From an uncultured Verrucomicrobiae bacterium (GTDB lineage Bacteria > Verrucomicrobiota > Verrucomicrobiia > Chthoniobacterales > UBA10450), in NCBI GenBank assembly GCA_963801815.1, contig CAWDGJ010000002.1, forward strand, positions 704,001-768,000: 64,000 nt of DNA, read 5' to 3'. Both the position numbers and the translations under genes were made by a program. Below are positions 1 through 10,122 of the stretch, piece by piece. The notes beneath the pieces are model-generated. The model made no database searches. It saw only the letters and a list, made by a program, of their open reading frames with translations, and had not been told where the DNA came from. Numbering within the stretch: the first letter of the stretch is position 1; every line of letters starts with the position of its first letter.

Positions 1-1141
1 GTGCGTCCCTTCGGCGATTTTTCGGAGCAACGTGCGGGCGTCTTTGCGCTCACAGGGTTGGCTGTCAGTGACCCGGCGGGTCCACCATTCTTTGCCTTCC
101 AGCGCCGCGTCCATGAACTCGTCGCTTACCCGCACGCTTAGGTTTTCGTTTTGATACATGACCGAGCCGTAGGCGTCACCGTTGTAGCTGCCGTCGTAAC
201 CTTGCTCGATCAACGCCCACGCTTTCTTTTCCTCCTTTTGCTTGGCATCGATGAATTCTTCAATGTCCGGGTGCCAATCTTTGAGCGTGTTCATCTTCGC
301 GGCACGGCGCGTCTTGCCGCCGCTCTTCACCACGTTCGCCACTTGATCGTAAACTTTCAGGAACGAAAGCGGACCGCTCGGCTTGCCGCCGCCGCTCAAT
401 TTTTCCTTTGTCGATCTTAACGTGGAAAGATCGGTGCCAGTGCCGCTGCCGTATTTGAACAGCATCGCCTCGCTCATCGCCAGACGCATGATGTCTTCCA
501 TCGTGTCTTCGACGTTTTGAATGAAACAGGCGCTGCCTTGCGGATATTCGTATTGGGTCGGTGCGCGCTCGGCCTTTCCAGTCGCGCGATTATAAAAATA
601 ATTTCCCGCACCGGCGTTCTTCCCGATGCCGTACTCGATGATAAAGACCGACGTTGAACCAGACCGGCGAATTGAACGCGCCGTGTTGATTCAAACAAAG
701 CCAGGTCAGCTCGTCGTAAAAAATTTCCGCCGCCTCCGCATCGGCAAAATATCCGTCCGCGATTCCCCAATCGGTAATCGTCCGCGTTACACGATGAATC
801 AGTTCCCGCACTGAGCTTTCGCGTCCGCCCTTGTGAGGGTCAGTTCCGTGCGCGATGTCGCCGTAAAAATATTTCGAGACTGCAATTTTGGTCGCGAGCG
901 CGCTCCAACTCTTCGGCACCTCAACGTTCTCCTGTTTGAAAATCGCCGTGCCGCTATCGTCGGTAATTTCGGCGGTCCGCCGCTCCCACTCGGTTTGTTC
1001 AAATGGCCGAATATTGGCGTCGCTGAATGTCCGTTCGAACTGGAGACCCCGGCTTTTGGTTGATCTCTGCCGGCGGCGATCGACGGATTTGCGCGGTTTA
1101 TTCAGGGTTGACGGTTGGATTCCGGGTTTGAGTTGGATCAT
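1..1141 (-). CDS. nrdJ: Class II (B12-dependent) ribonucleotide reductase, 5' part; runs off the window edge; frameshifted near 636
   Basis: ORF 590..1141 has FKQENVEVPKSWS and AFNSPVWFNVG. The shifted frame continues with PQGSACFIQ, SGTGTDLSTLRS, SGGKTRRAAKM and HPDIEEFI, all typical NrdJ motifs. One extra base at cat-c-gag-tac. Confidence 0.9.
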
Positions 1142-1219
1142 GGGGCACTTCCTACAACTGGTGAATTAACGGTGAATTGATGCTAACAGCCCGGCCAACA
1201 AGTTGTGAATTTCAGGGAA

Positions 1220-1267
1220 CAACAAGTAATAGCGGAAGGCCATTGGCGGACATACAATATGCAGGGC
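1220..1267. promoter_or_regulatory. Putative tandem NrdR boxes upstream of nrdJ
   Basis: caaCAAgtaaTAGcgg (1220) and ataCAATATgcAGggc (1252) resemble acaCwAtATaTwGtgt, are 32 bp apart, and lie directly upstream of a ribonucleotide reductase gene. Confidence 0.5.
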
Positions 1268-1336
1268 AAAACGCGTTCAAATCAAGAATTTAATTGTAAC
1301 ATTTCGCCCCGTTGATGTCGTCCAGACTTCTTTGCT

Positions 1337-1780
1337 TCACTGCAGCGCCGAGAAGCTGGTTGGATCCATGAAGTAGCGGTCAATATGGTCCACCAAGGAC
1401 CCATTTTTCTCCGATTCGGCCTTCACCTTTTGCCACTCCGGATCGGCTTGGAAGGAGGCCCAATTCTTCTCCGCCTCTTCCCGGCCTGGATGTTCCAGAA
1501 TGTAAATAAACAGATTTTGAGAACTCGGCGGATCTTGGGGAGACCAGTAACCAACGCTGTTCATGTTGTGCCGTTTGAAGATAGCGTCGGTGTGGTCGCG
1601 AAAGCGCGCTTTTAATTCGTCCATTTTGCCCGCGTTCACATGGTACAGGCGCAGCTCGTAAACGTGATGTCCGGGTTCCGCGTTGGATCCTCGCAGCGTG
1701 CCGAGACCGAACATCACCGCAGCGCCGAAAAAGAAAAATATCAGATGCGATGTTTTCATGACCGCCATGATACGCCGCAA
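1337..1780 (-). CDS. NIPSNAP family protein with signal peptide
   Basis: VYELRLYH..GKMDEL..RF, VGYW and WASFQADPEW pattern. Confidence 0.85.
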   Translation of the reverse strand: MRRIMAVMKTSHLIFFFFGAAVMFGLGTLRGSNAEPGHHVYELRLYHVNAGKMDELKARFRDHTDAIFKRHNMNSVGYWSPQDPPSSQNLFIYILEHPGREEAEKNWASFQADPEWQKVKAESEKNGSLVDHIDRYFMDPTSFSALQ

Positions 1781-1836
1781 TCGTTTGTCGTCGAAACGGC
1801 CTACGTACTCTTAGATACTAGGAACGGCGCGACAGG

Positions 1837-1855
1837 TGGCGGAAGGGGTGGGATT
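1837..1855 (-). repeat. Duplicate of the tRNA-Ser 3' end (19 bp, att-like)
   Basis: tggcggaaggggtgggatt occurs at 1837-1855 and at 2001-2019. Confidence 0.85.
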
Positions 1856-2000
1856 ATCCAAAGCTGCGCTTTGGCTCCGGAGTAAGAGCTTCGCTTGTAA
1901 CCCTCGCGCTTCGCGCCCCACCGGTCGAACGGCGTTCGAATCTCCGAAAAGTTATGCGCCGGGCCCGACAACGGTTTGAGAAAAGGTAAAATCCGCAAGC

Positions 2001-2090
2001 TGGCGGAAGGGGTGGGATTCGAACCCACGGTGGGTTGCCCCACGCTCGATTTCGAGTCGAGTGCCTTAAACCGGACTCAGCCACCCTTCC
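2001..2090 (-). tRNA. tRNA-Ser(CGA)
   Basis: Minus strand reads GGAAGGG...CTCGA-CT-CGA-AA-TCGAG, with a long variable arm, GGTTCGAATCC and an encoded CCA. Confidence 0.96.
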
Positions 2091-2442
2091 CTTTCAATCG
2101 GCAGAAAACTGCGAACGGTCCGAGCTCGCCACGGGACGAGTCCATCGGCGGACCGGACTCGCGGTCAACGTCCAACATCCAACGTCGAATGCAAACAGGT
2201 CGAGATACGATGTGCGGGGCTGGAGGTTGGGCGTTTCTTGTTCTTGGCGCGAGTAGATTGACACTCGCTCGCCTCCCGGTTGCCGCGGTCCTACCCTGGG
2301 CCGTAATGCCAGTCCGGCTCGGGCCCTTCTATGTCCCGCGTCCCATGCGCTCCCTTCTTGACTAAAGTGTCCGCGGCGCACTAAACGTCGCCTCGAACAA
2401 CGTTGGCTGCGGCATCGTCAATGCTCGGGAAGGGAAGGCGCG

Positions 2443-3135
2443 ATGATTAGGGCAAATTGTCGGGCACGCTTCACCGCCGCTGATTTCGATTTCATTGTTC
2501 GCACACTCGCTCATTCATCGAACGATCACGTTTCACTGGTCGATCTTCTGAGTGATGCCGAAACGCGAGATGCGGTGCTCGATCATCCAAAGCTGGTTGA
2601 AGCGATCCTGTCCAACCCTGCGCACCTGCGCATTTCGTCGCAATTTTATTTCTACGTGCTTGCCCGCCACGTTTTGCAACAAGCCGGAATCGGCGACCGC
2701 AAACTTTGCGATTACGTCGGATCTCTTTTGGAAACCTTTTCCCGGGCGAGCCAGTTGCAACGCCCTGACGAGATCGAGAACCACGCTCTCGAATATATTT
2801 CCGATATGCTCATCGCCCTGAAACGGATGACGCGCGAGCAAGCCTTCCTCTTGCGAGCGCACATTGGAAATTATTCCCTGTTCATCAGCGGAATTTTTCA
2901 CGAGAGCGCGCAACGGCGCTGTCAGCGCGGCGGACCGGACCTGAGATTTTACGAGGAAATCGGCCGCACCAATTATCAAATGGTTGCTTCGCATGAAACA
3001 GCGAAACGATGCGAACTGAACGATGTCTTCGCGAACCTGGCCGGCCAATTTCGCGGCGTTCGCCTCGCCTTGAACGATCTTTCCGACCGGTTACTCAATC
3101 TCGACGATGATTTGCGGCCGTCCCTTGTTTTGTGA
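2443..3135 (+). CDS. Conserved hypothetical protein
   Basis: 230-aa ORF with genome-like codon usage; overlaps the next gene at GTGA. Confidence 0.75.
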   Translation: MIRANCRARFTAADFDFIVRTLAHSSNDHVSLVDLLSDAETRDAVLDHPKLVEAILSNPAHLRISSQFYFYVLARHVLQQAGIGDRKLCDYVGSLLETFSRASQLQRPDEIENHALEYISDMLIALKRMTREQAFLLRAHIGNYSLFISGIFHESAQRRCQRGGPDLRFYEEIGRTNYQMVASHETAKRCELNDVFANLAGQFRGVRLALNDLSDRLLNLDDDLRPSLVL

Positions 3136-3845
3136 ACGAGACGCTCTTCAGCCAGATCCAAAAACTTCTCGAGCGCACCTATGTTCACGTCGGAATCAAT
3201 CTGGAAGATTGTTTGATCGACAGCCGCCGCTGCATCCAATTGTCAAGGCTGGCCGGGAAATCAGCCCGGGAACTGAGCGAGATCGCGCGCACTTTTCTCC
3301 GCACCGCAAACGATCGTCTTTACGTCGGTATTTATTATTCGCACTGGCTTATCGAACAGCTCGAACGCCATGACCCGCGCGCCGGATTGAGCGATCGAAA
3401 TATTCGGTCGCTAATCGTTTTTGTCGAAGAGATCAATCACGCGCTGCACGCCGCGCTTCAATTCCAGAACGGCGCCCGCGAGATTGCCTCGGAAGACTTT
3501 GCGCGCAATCTCGAGCTCCAGGCCCAGGTCGACACTTACCTCGTTCTGCTTTTGTTCGTCGCATTCTTTCGAAAAACGCAGCGCGTCTCGCGCTTGGATC
3601 GGCGCTGGTTGCGATTTCACCTGTTCAATCGCCAATGCCCGGACGCGTTCGCAGACCGAAACCTGCGCGCGCGCTATTTGGAAACCGCCGAACTGGCTGC
3701 CAGTTATACGCACTACCTCGACACGCTCAACGCCGCTCGCCGCGTTGAAGAAATCCGTTTCTTCCGCACGCTCGACTACAGTCGCAAAAAAGAACGGGTT
3801 CTCGCACTTCCGGCTGCAAAAATTCCGCCGCTCTTGCGAATTTAA
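3132..3845 (+). CDS. Hypothetical protein with EExxHxxH motif (possible metal-binding protein)
   Basis: 237-aa ORF coupled to the upstream gene; contains FVEEINHALH and LELQAQVD. Confidence 0.7.
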   Translation: MNETLFSQIQKLLERTYVHVGINLEDCLIDSRRCIQLSRLAGKSARELSEIARTFLRTANDRLYVGIYYSHWLIEQLERHDPRAGLSDRNIRSLIVFVEEINHALHAALQFQNGAREIASEDFARNLELQAQVDTYLVLLLFVAFFRKTQRVSRLDRRWLRFHLFNRQCPDAFADRNLRARYLETAELAASYTHYLDTLNAARRVEEIRFFRTLDYSRKKERVLALPAAKIPPLLRI

Positions 3846-3882
3846 TTTGCGAAAACAAGATCGCGGTCGCTAAATACAGCTC

Positions 3883-4728
3883 GTGTTCAGTTTGACGATG
3901 CTCGGCAGCGGCAGTGCCGGAAATAGTGCGCTGGTTGCGACCGATCATTGCAAAATTTTGATCGATGGCGGACTGAGCGCGCGTCAGATCGTTCTCCGGT
4001 TGGAGCAATGCGGCGTGTTGCCCGAGCAACTCGACGGCGTTCTGCTCACGCACGAACATGGGGACCACGTTTGCGGCCTCGAAGTTCTCTGCCGGAAACT
4101 GGATGTGCCGATTTACGCAAATTCGCAAACCGCCGAAGCGGTGCGCTGCGGTTGTTCGTTGGATCAACATCCAAACTGGCGAATCTTTCGCACCGGCGCC
4201 GAGTTCACGATCTGCGACATCACGGTGCAACCGTTCCCGGTGCCCCACGACGCCGTCGATCCCGTCGGCTTCGCGTTTTACGCCGGCTCGAGCAGCCTTG
4301 GCTTCATCACTGACCTCGGTTACGCGACGAAGATGATCGTCGAGCGATTGCGGCAGGTGCATACCCTCGTCATCGAAACCAATCACGATGAGAAACTTTT
4401 GCAGAACGACACCCATCGGCCCTGGCCAGTGAAGCAACGGATTCAATCACGCCACGGACATCTCTCCAACAGCGCGGCGGCGAGCGTGATCGAAGAGTTA
4501 CTGCCGGGAAAAGTCGACCGGGTGGTGCTCGGACATCTTAGTCGCGATTGCAACACGCCCGAGCTCGCGCTCCAAACCGTGCGCGCTGCCCTGAAGAAAT
4601 GCGGCAAGATTGATATCGAAGTCTTTTGCGCGACCCAATCGGATATCAGCCCGCAATTTCGGATCGGCGAAACAACGCGCGGACATTTCCAGCCGACGTT
4701 TGAGAGCGCATTTTTTCCCGCAGCATGA
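3883..4728 (+). CDS. MBL-fold metallo-hydrolase (YycJ/WalJ-like)
   Basis: LGSGSAGNS, LLTHEHGDH, PHDAVDP, GHLSN and LGHLSRDCN. Confidence 0.9.
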   Translation: MFSLTMLGSGSAGNSALVATDHCKILIDGGLSARQIVLRLEQCGVLPEQLDGVLLTHEHGDHVCGLEVLCRKLDVPIYANSQTAEAVRCGCSLDQHPNWRIFRTGAEFTICDITVQPFPVPHDAVDPVGFAFYAGSSSLGFITDLGYATKMIVERLRQVHTLVIETNHDEKLLQNDTHRPWPVKQRIQSRHGHLSNSAAASVIEELLPGKVDRVVLGHLSRDCNTPELALQTVRAALKKCGKIDIEVFCATQSDISPQFRIGETTRGHFQPTFESAFFPAA

Positions 4729-5270
4729 GTCCAGCGATGGCGACTGAAAGGCCACGGCGGAAGGTCGCGGCCAAGCGTGAAATGAAGATCCGTGACGCGC
4801 GTGAAGCCGATCTCCCCGCGATCATCCGGATTTACAATGCCGCGATCGTCACCCGTATCTCCACTGCCCAACTGGAAACGGTGACGCTCGAGACGCGACG
4901 CAATTGGTTGAATGATCATTCGCCTGACCGGCATCCGTTTTGGGTTTTGGAAATCGACGACGACGTTGCCGGCTGGCTGACGTTGAAATCTTTTTTGCCG
5001 CGCGGTGCTTACCGCGACACGGCCGAAGTAAGCGTTTACGTGGATGAAAAGTTCCGGCGGCGCGGAGTAGGACGCGCATTGCTCGCCGAAGCAATCTCAC
5101 GCGCACCATCGCTTGGACTCAACGCAATGGTCGGCCTGATTTTCGCGCACAACGAACCGAGCTTGCGGTTATTCGAGGAACTTGGGTTCGCAAAATGGGG
5201 ATTGCTGCCCGGTGTCGCGCATCTCGACGAGGTCGAACGCGATCTCACCATCATGGGTTGGCACGTCTAA
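4725..5270 (+). CDS. GNAT N-acetyltransferase (phosphinothricin acetyltransferase-like)
   Basis: AIIRIYN, AYRDTAEVSVYV, RRRGVGRALL and NEPSLRLFEELGF. Confidence 0.88.
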   Translation: MSPAMATERPRRKVAAKREMKIRDAREADLPAIIRIYNAAIVTRISTAQLETVTLETRRNWLNDHSPDRHPFWVLEIDDDVAGWLTLKSFLPRGAYRDTAEVSVYVDEKFRRRGVGRALLAEAISRAPSLGLNAMVGLIFAHNEPSLRLFEELGFAKWGLLPGVAHLDEVERDLTIMGWHV

Positions 5271-5283
5271 GATCGACAACTGC

Positions 5284-5697
5284 TCACACTTCTTCCGGAC
5301 CGACGACGAGATGAACGACGCCGCCGGGCTCGGAGACGAAGAAGCCGTTGAAATCCTCCCGCAAATTTTCCACTTCGTCACGGCGCGCGACGCCGTGAAC
5401 CTTTAAGAACGCCGCGGCTGCTTCCGTGTCGTTCGTTTCGATCTCGAGCCAGATGTCGGGATGACTGAGGTTCGGTACTTTGTCGATCCAGAGGCGGTTC
5501 GGGCCGAATTGAAAGATGCAGCCGTCCGGTTCCTCCTCGATCAAAGGCAAATTGAGCGTATCGCGATAAAAAGCGACGGTTTGCTCGTAGGTGTGCGACG
5601 GACACTTGATGGCAATGTTGGCGCCACCGGAGAATTGAGGTCCATCAAGCTTCGCCACCATAAAGGTCGATCTAACCTCGCGGGCCGCCGCGGTCAA
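5284..5697 (-). CDS. Glyoxalase/VOC-like protein
   Basis: NIAIK..TVAFYRDTL and GFFVSEPGGVVHL. Confidence 0.7.
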   Translation of the reverse strand: MTAAAREVRSTFMVAKLDGPQFSGGANIAIKCPSHTYEQTVAFYRDTLNLPLIEEEPDGCIFQFGPNRLWIDKVPNLSHPDIWLEIETNDTEAAAAFLKVHGVARRDEVENLREDFNGFFVSEPGGVVHLVVGPEEV

Positions 5698-6206
5698 AGA
5701 TGCTCGACTAATTTTTGGGCGACGGCCTTTGCCTTTTCCAAGGCGGTCGCGTCATTGGCGAAGCCGCTTACGCCAATAGTGAGAAACGCGTTGCCTTTAA
5801 CGACGTAAAGCATCAGCACGCGCGATGCGAATCCGCTTTCCCCGCCGGCAGCGAACATTTGGGCGGCATCGCCGACGCCCGGCACATCTTCCATTGATCC
5901 GTTCGCCGCCGCGACCAGCTGAAGTTCTTTATCCGGGGCAATCGCATTCGGACTGGGCAGCTGAAGGCGAATGACCAGGGATTTTCCGCGACGCATGCTG
6001 TAGTAATTGCATTTTGAATAGTAACCGTCGGCGCCTTCGCCACTCCGCGGACTTGGATCTCTTACCGCTTCACCTAAAATGTCGGTCGCGTCGGATTTGG
6101 TGAGGATCTGCGCGACATCTGGACGATTATCCGCGCCTAAACTTGAATTCGTTAGGCCAGCGGCCAGAAACAATACTCCAATAAATTTGTAGATCGACAT
6201 CGTCAT
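5694..6206 (-). CDS. Secreted hypothetical protein
   Basis: Signal peptide MTMSIYKFIGVLFLAAG; the start overlaps the fumC stop (ATGA); contains VPGVGDAA. Confidence 0.7.
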   Translation of the reverse strand: MTMSIYKFIGVLFLAAGLTNSSLGADNRPDVAQILTKSDATDILGEAVRDPSPRSGEGADGYYSKCNYYSMRRGKSLVIRLQLPSPNAIAPDKELQLVAAANGSMEDVPGVGDAAQMFAAGGESGFASRVLMLYVVKGNAFLTIGVSGFANDATALEKAKAVAQKLVEHL

Positions 6207-7621
6207 CCGCCGCCAGCGCCAGTGCCCCCGGGTTCCGTCATCGCGACCGGATCGAGCGCGGCTTCGAGTTCCTTTTCTGGCAGAATTTTCTTTTCGCGAC
6301 AGAGTTCTCGCACCGTTTTCCCCGTCCGGACGCTTTCTTTCGCGATCTCGGCCGCGCGATCGTAGCCGATTTTCGGGGCGAGCGCCGTTACCATTGCCAT
6401 AGACAGTTCCACCAGTTCCTCGCAACGCGCCTTGTTCGCCTTGATCCCGGTAACGCATTTTTCACAGAAAACGTCCACCACGCTCGAAAGCAACCGGATT
6501 GATTCGAGAAGATCGTGCGCCATCACCGGCATCATCACATTGAGTTCGAAATTCCCATTGGCGCCGGCCCAAGTGATTGCCGTGTCGTTGCCAAAAACCT
6601 GTGCGCAAACCATCATCATCGATTCGCACATCACGGGATTGACCTTGCCCGGCATGATCGAGCTGCCCGGTTGGGTCGCCGGCAATTGGATCTCACCGAT
6701 GCCGCAGCGCGGTCCGCTGCCTAACAAACGAATGTCGTTCGCAATCTTGAACAAACTTGTCGCGATAGTTTTCAGCTGGCCGCTTGCTTCTACCACTGCA
6801 TCTTTGCCGCCCTGGGCTTCAAAGTGATTCTTCGCTTCGTAGAACGCGATTCCTGTCCGCTGTTCGATGTGTCGCAGCATTTTCTTCGGAAGATTGAGAT
6901 GGCGATTCAACCCGGTTCCCACCGCTGTGCCGCCCAGCGCAACTTCGCGCAAAACCTCGAGTGCTTTTTCGGCGCGCTGCTTCCCGTAGGCGACCTGTTG
7001 AGCGTAACCGGAGAATTCCTGACCGAGTCGGACGGGGGTTGCATCCATCAAATGGGTCCTGCCAATCTTAATAATGTCCCAGAATTCCTTGGTCTTCGCC
7101 TCCAACGCCGAGTGCAATTTCGTCAGAGCCGGCCCAAGATGATTCTTCAGTTGTTCCGCGGCGCTAATGTGAATCGCGGTCGGGATCACATCGTTACTCG
7201 ATTGTCCCATGTTGACGTGATCATTCGGGTGAACGAGTTCGCGAGATCCAATCTCTTTGCCGGCTAACTGGGCGCAACGATTGGCAATGACTTCGTTCGC
7301 GTTCGTGTTGGTGCTGGTCCCGGAGCCAGTCTGGAAAATATCGAGCGGAAAATGTTCGTCGAGTTTCCCCTCAATCACTTCCTCGGCGGCCTGCACAATC
7401 AGGGCCGCGCGTTCGGCGTCGAGCAAACCGAGATCGTGATTGGCCTGGGCCGCAGCCCATTTGATTAAACCCAGTGCGCGAATGAATGGTCGCGAAAAAC
7501 GGTAACCGCTGATCGGAAAGTTGAGGACGGCGCGCTGCGTCGAAGCGCCGTGAAGGGCGGATTCAGGGAGCGACATTTCGCCCATTGAATCTTTCTCAAT
7601 CCGCATTCCCCTGGCCGCCAT
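6203..7621 (-). CDS. fumC: Class II fumarate hydratase
   Basis: RIEKDSMGE, QTGSGTSTN, KIGRTHLMDATP and GSSIMPGKVNP. Confidence 0.95.
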   Translation of the reverse strand: MAARGMRIEKDSMGEMSLPESALHGASTQRAVLNFPISGYRFSRPFIRALGLIKWAAAQANHDLGLLDAERAALIVQAAEEVIEGKLDEHFPLDIFQTGSGTSTNTNANEVIANRCAQLAGKEIGSRELVHPNDHVNMGQSSNDVIPTAIHISAAEQLKNHLGPALTKLHSALEAKTKEFWDIIKIGRTHLMDATPVRLGQEFSGYAQQVAYGKQRAEKALEVLREVALGGTAVGTGLNRHLNLPKKMLRHIEQRTGIAFYEAKNHFEAQGGKDAVVEASGQLKTIATSLFKIANDIRLLGSGPRCGIGEIQLPATQPGSSIMPGKVNPVMCESMMMVCAQVFGNDTAITWAGANGNFELNVMMPVMAHDLLESIRLLSSVVDVFCEKCVTGIKANKARCEELVELSMAMVTALAPKIGYDRAAEIAKESVRTGKTVRELCREKKILPEKELEAALDPVAMTEPGGTGAGGG

Positions 7622-7624
7622 GAG

Positions 7625-8251
7625 TTATTTGCGGAAGGTCGATGCTTCGGCTGCGACCGGCCTCTCGCCGTTCTGGCCGTTTCCCCTCTCAAAAACCGTG
7701 ATGAACATCGGTGGAATATTTTGGAGGAAATACTCGGATTCCGCGTGCTCAAAAATCTTGGCGTGCTGTTTCAGTTCGTTCGTAACTTGATAAATAATGA
7801 ACCGACCGCCCGGCATGAGCGCGTCGTGGGTTTGTTGGAGCAACGCGCGCTTCTTGTCGATCTGGAGAATGCTGAACGGAATCCCCGAGACGATGTAATC
7901 GCACGCCGCAATACCACGCCGATGCAGTTCGCGCTGCAAATGGGCAGCGTTATCATTAATCACGTGCACGCGAGGATCGTCGCTAAACTGACGGCGCAAA
8001 TCGCGCGAAAACGCGGGGTCGAGTTCGAAAAGGAGCAATTGGCAATCCGGCCGCATCCGGCGCGCGATCTCACGAGAATGGACCCCTTCGCCCGGGCCGT
8101 ATTCGGCAATTACCCGGGCCTGGTCGAAATCGATTTTGTCCGACACCCGCTCGACCAACGCCTTTGAGCTTGGCACAATGGAGGCGATCTGGAACGGTCG
8201 TTTCAGGAATCGCTTGAAGAAAAGCGCACTCATCGAAAAACGAATAGTCAC
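7625..8251 (-). CDS. SAM-dependent methyltransferase (phospholipid N-methyltransferase-like)
   Basis: IVPSSKAL, EYGPGEG, IVSGIPF and NIPP. Confidence 0.8.
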   Translation of the reverse strand: MTIRFSMSALFFKRFLKRPFQIASIVPSSKALVERVSDKIDFDQARVIAEYGPGEGVHSREIARRMRPDCQLLLFELDPAFSRDLRRQFSDDPRVHVINDNAAHLQRELHRRGIAACDYIVSGIPFSILQIDKKRALLQQTHDALMPGGRFIIYQVTNELKQHAKIFEHAESEYFLQNIPPMFITVFERGNGQNGERPVAAEASTFRK

Positions 8252-8430
8252 CTTCAGCCAGGGGATTGTCCAGTCGCGAGTGCCCGGGTGGCCTCGGCTG
8301 GCCTTTGACCTCCCTGCTCCGATAAGCCCAAAATGAGCAAAGAAAGGATTGACACCTATTCTAGAATTTATAATGCTTAAGGCTAGCGAAATGTCTTGCC
8401 CATTTTCTTCTGAATTGGTGATTTTCCCAC

Positions 8431-8982
8431 ATGCATAACCTCCTAACGGTCAAGGAAACGGCCAAATACCTGCGCATCCCGTTGCCTACCGTTTATTATC
8501 TCGTCCAGCGTGGCCAGCTTCCCGCCATCCAAATCGGCGGCCGCTGGCGCATTAAGAAGTCCTCGCTCGACAAGGACATTTTGAAAGAGGACAAGTCCGG
8601 CCAACCCACCGTATTGGTCGTCGATGACGACGAAAGCCTTCAGAATCTTTTCAAACTGTTCCTACGCAAAATCGGCTTCAGCCGCGTCGTTGTCGGCACC
8701 GTCAAGGAAGCGCTGGCTGCTCTCGAGAAGCAGAAATTCGATCTCGTATTTCTCGATTTGAAATTGCCGGACGGTCCCGCGGACGACGTCTACGACGCGG
8801 TCAAGGAACAGCAACCCGAATGCTCAATCATTATTATTACGGGTTATCCCGACAGCGCGATGCTCGACCGGATTTTGGCCAAAGGTCCGATCACGGTTTT
8901 GAAAAAACCGCTCAAGGTCGAGCAATTGAAAGAGACCGTTCGCATTCTCGGACACAAGGAAGCAGTCAAGCTCGCGGCCTAG
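8431..8982 (+). CDS. Response regulator with N-terminal excisionase-type HTH and C-terminal receiver domain
   Basis: LLTVKETAKYLR..GQLPAIQIGGRWRI, followed by VLVVDDD, FLDLKLPD, ITGY and KP. Confidence 0.88.
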   Translation: MHNLLTVKETAKYLRIPLPTVYYLVQRGQLPAIQIGGRWRIKKSSLDKDILKEDKSGQPTVLVVDDDESLQNLFKLFLRKIGFSRVVVGTVKEALAALEKQKFDLVFLDLKLPDGPADDVYDAVKEQQPECSIIIITGYPDSAMLDRILAKGPITVLKKPLKVEQLKETVRILGHKEAVKLAA

Positions 8983-9046
8983 ACCTGCGATCAGGCGCGG
9001 TCTTGACTGATCACCTATCACTGGTCACTTATCATTCCGCTAGGAC

Positions 9047-9121
<75 letters not shown>

Positions 9122-9131
9122 GTTTCTTTTT

Positions 9132-9524
9132 ATGAAATCGATTCCTATCATTTTGGTATCGGTGATTATTTCCGTCAGTTCGGTTCGCGCCCTGACTCCG
9201 AATCTTCCAGCCGGCACCTTAACGCCTGATTTTGGCATCATGACACGGCTTGGTACTTTTGAGCACGCCATCATTTACGGTCCCGCTCCGAAGGTGTCGC
9301 GCCATTGGAATGGAAGTGGTGTGGTGATTCTCGATCTTTCCGTTCGCACCGGCTTGGTGGATATCGCACGGATTTGGCAAAGCACGGGAGTAAAGGAAGT
9401 CGATGACGCTCTGGTCGCCACGCTCCAGCAATGGCGCGTTAAACCGCGGACCGTCTACAAGCTTTATGTGCCGGTTAAAATTAGCGGCGGTCAGGTTCAT
9501 CTCGGCTCCACTCAGCAGCTGTAA
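9132..9524 (+). CDS. Secreted TonB C-terminal-like domain protein
   Basis: Signal peptide followed by GVVILDL..G.V..QSTG..VDDA..LQQWRVKP. Confidence 0.6.
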   Translation: MKSIPIILVSVIISVSSVRALTPNLPAGTLTPDFGIMTRLGTFEHAIIYGPAPKVSRHWNGSGVVILDLSVRTGLVDIARIWQSTGVKEVDDALVATLQQWRVKPRTVYKLYVPVKISGGQVHLGSTQQL

Positions 9525-9530
9525 TTTCCA

Positions 9531-10109
9531 ATGCGCGGCCAGTCCGGAATTCTCAAGAACGCGATCAGCGCCGCCACAAAAACGATTGAATCTATTGCCG
9601 ATCTTGAATCGCAGATCGTAAGCGCGGCGGAATTAATTTCCGAATGCCTAACGAATGGCAGGAAAGTGCTGGCCTGCGGAAATGGCGGCAGCGCCGCGGA
9701 TGCGGCAGACTTTTGCACCGAGTTCGCATGCCGCTTCGTCGAGGATCGCCGGCCATTTCCCGCGATGAATCTGTCGCAGGGCGGCAGTTTGATCACTGCG
9801 ACCGGAAACGATTACGGGTTCGACGAAATCTTTGCCCGACAAGTGCGCGCCTTCGGAAATTCCGGCGACGTTCTGATTGCAATTAGCACCAGCGGCAAAT
9901 CGAAAAATATCCGGCGCGCCATCGAGGAAGCACGCGCACGCAAAGTAAAAACAATCGCATTGCTCGGACGCGATGGAGGTTCGACCGCCGGCCTAGCCGA
10001 TCTCGACCTGGTCGTGAAAGGCGATGCGACTGCCCGCATTCAGGAAGCGCACAAATTCATTCTCCATGTGATCTGTGAGATCTGCGAAACGCGTTTGCCT
10101 AAAAATTAG
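9531..10109 (+). CDS. gmhA: Phosphoheptose isomerase (SIS domain)
   Basis: CGNGGSAADA, NDYGFDEIFARQV, ISTSGKS and RIQEAH. Confidence 0.9.
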   Translation: MRGQSGILKNAISAATKTIESIADLESQIVSAAELISECLTNGRKVLACGNGGSAADAADFCTEFACRFVEDRRPFPAMNLSQGGSLITATGNDYGFDEIFARQVRAFGNSGDVLIAISTSGKSKNIRRAIEEARARKVKTIALLGRDGGSTAGLADLDLVVKGDATARIQEAHKFILHVICEICETRLPKN

Positions 10110-10122
10110 TGCGTTACAAATC

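Noticed and set aside
1801..2381. Several 70-130 aa ORFs around tRNA-Ser
   Set aside because: They overlap the tRNA and repeat DNA and are shadow ORFs.
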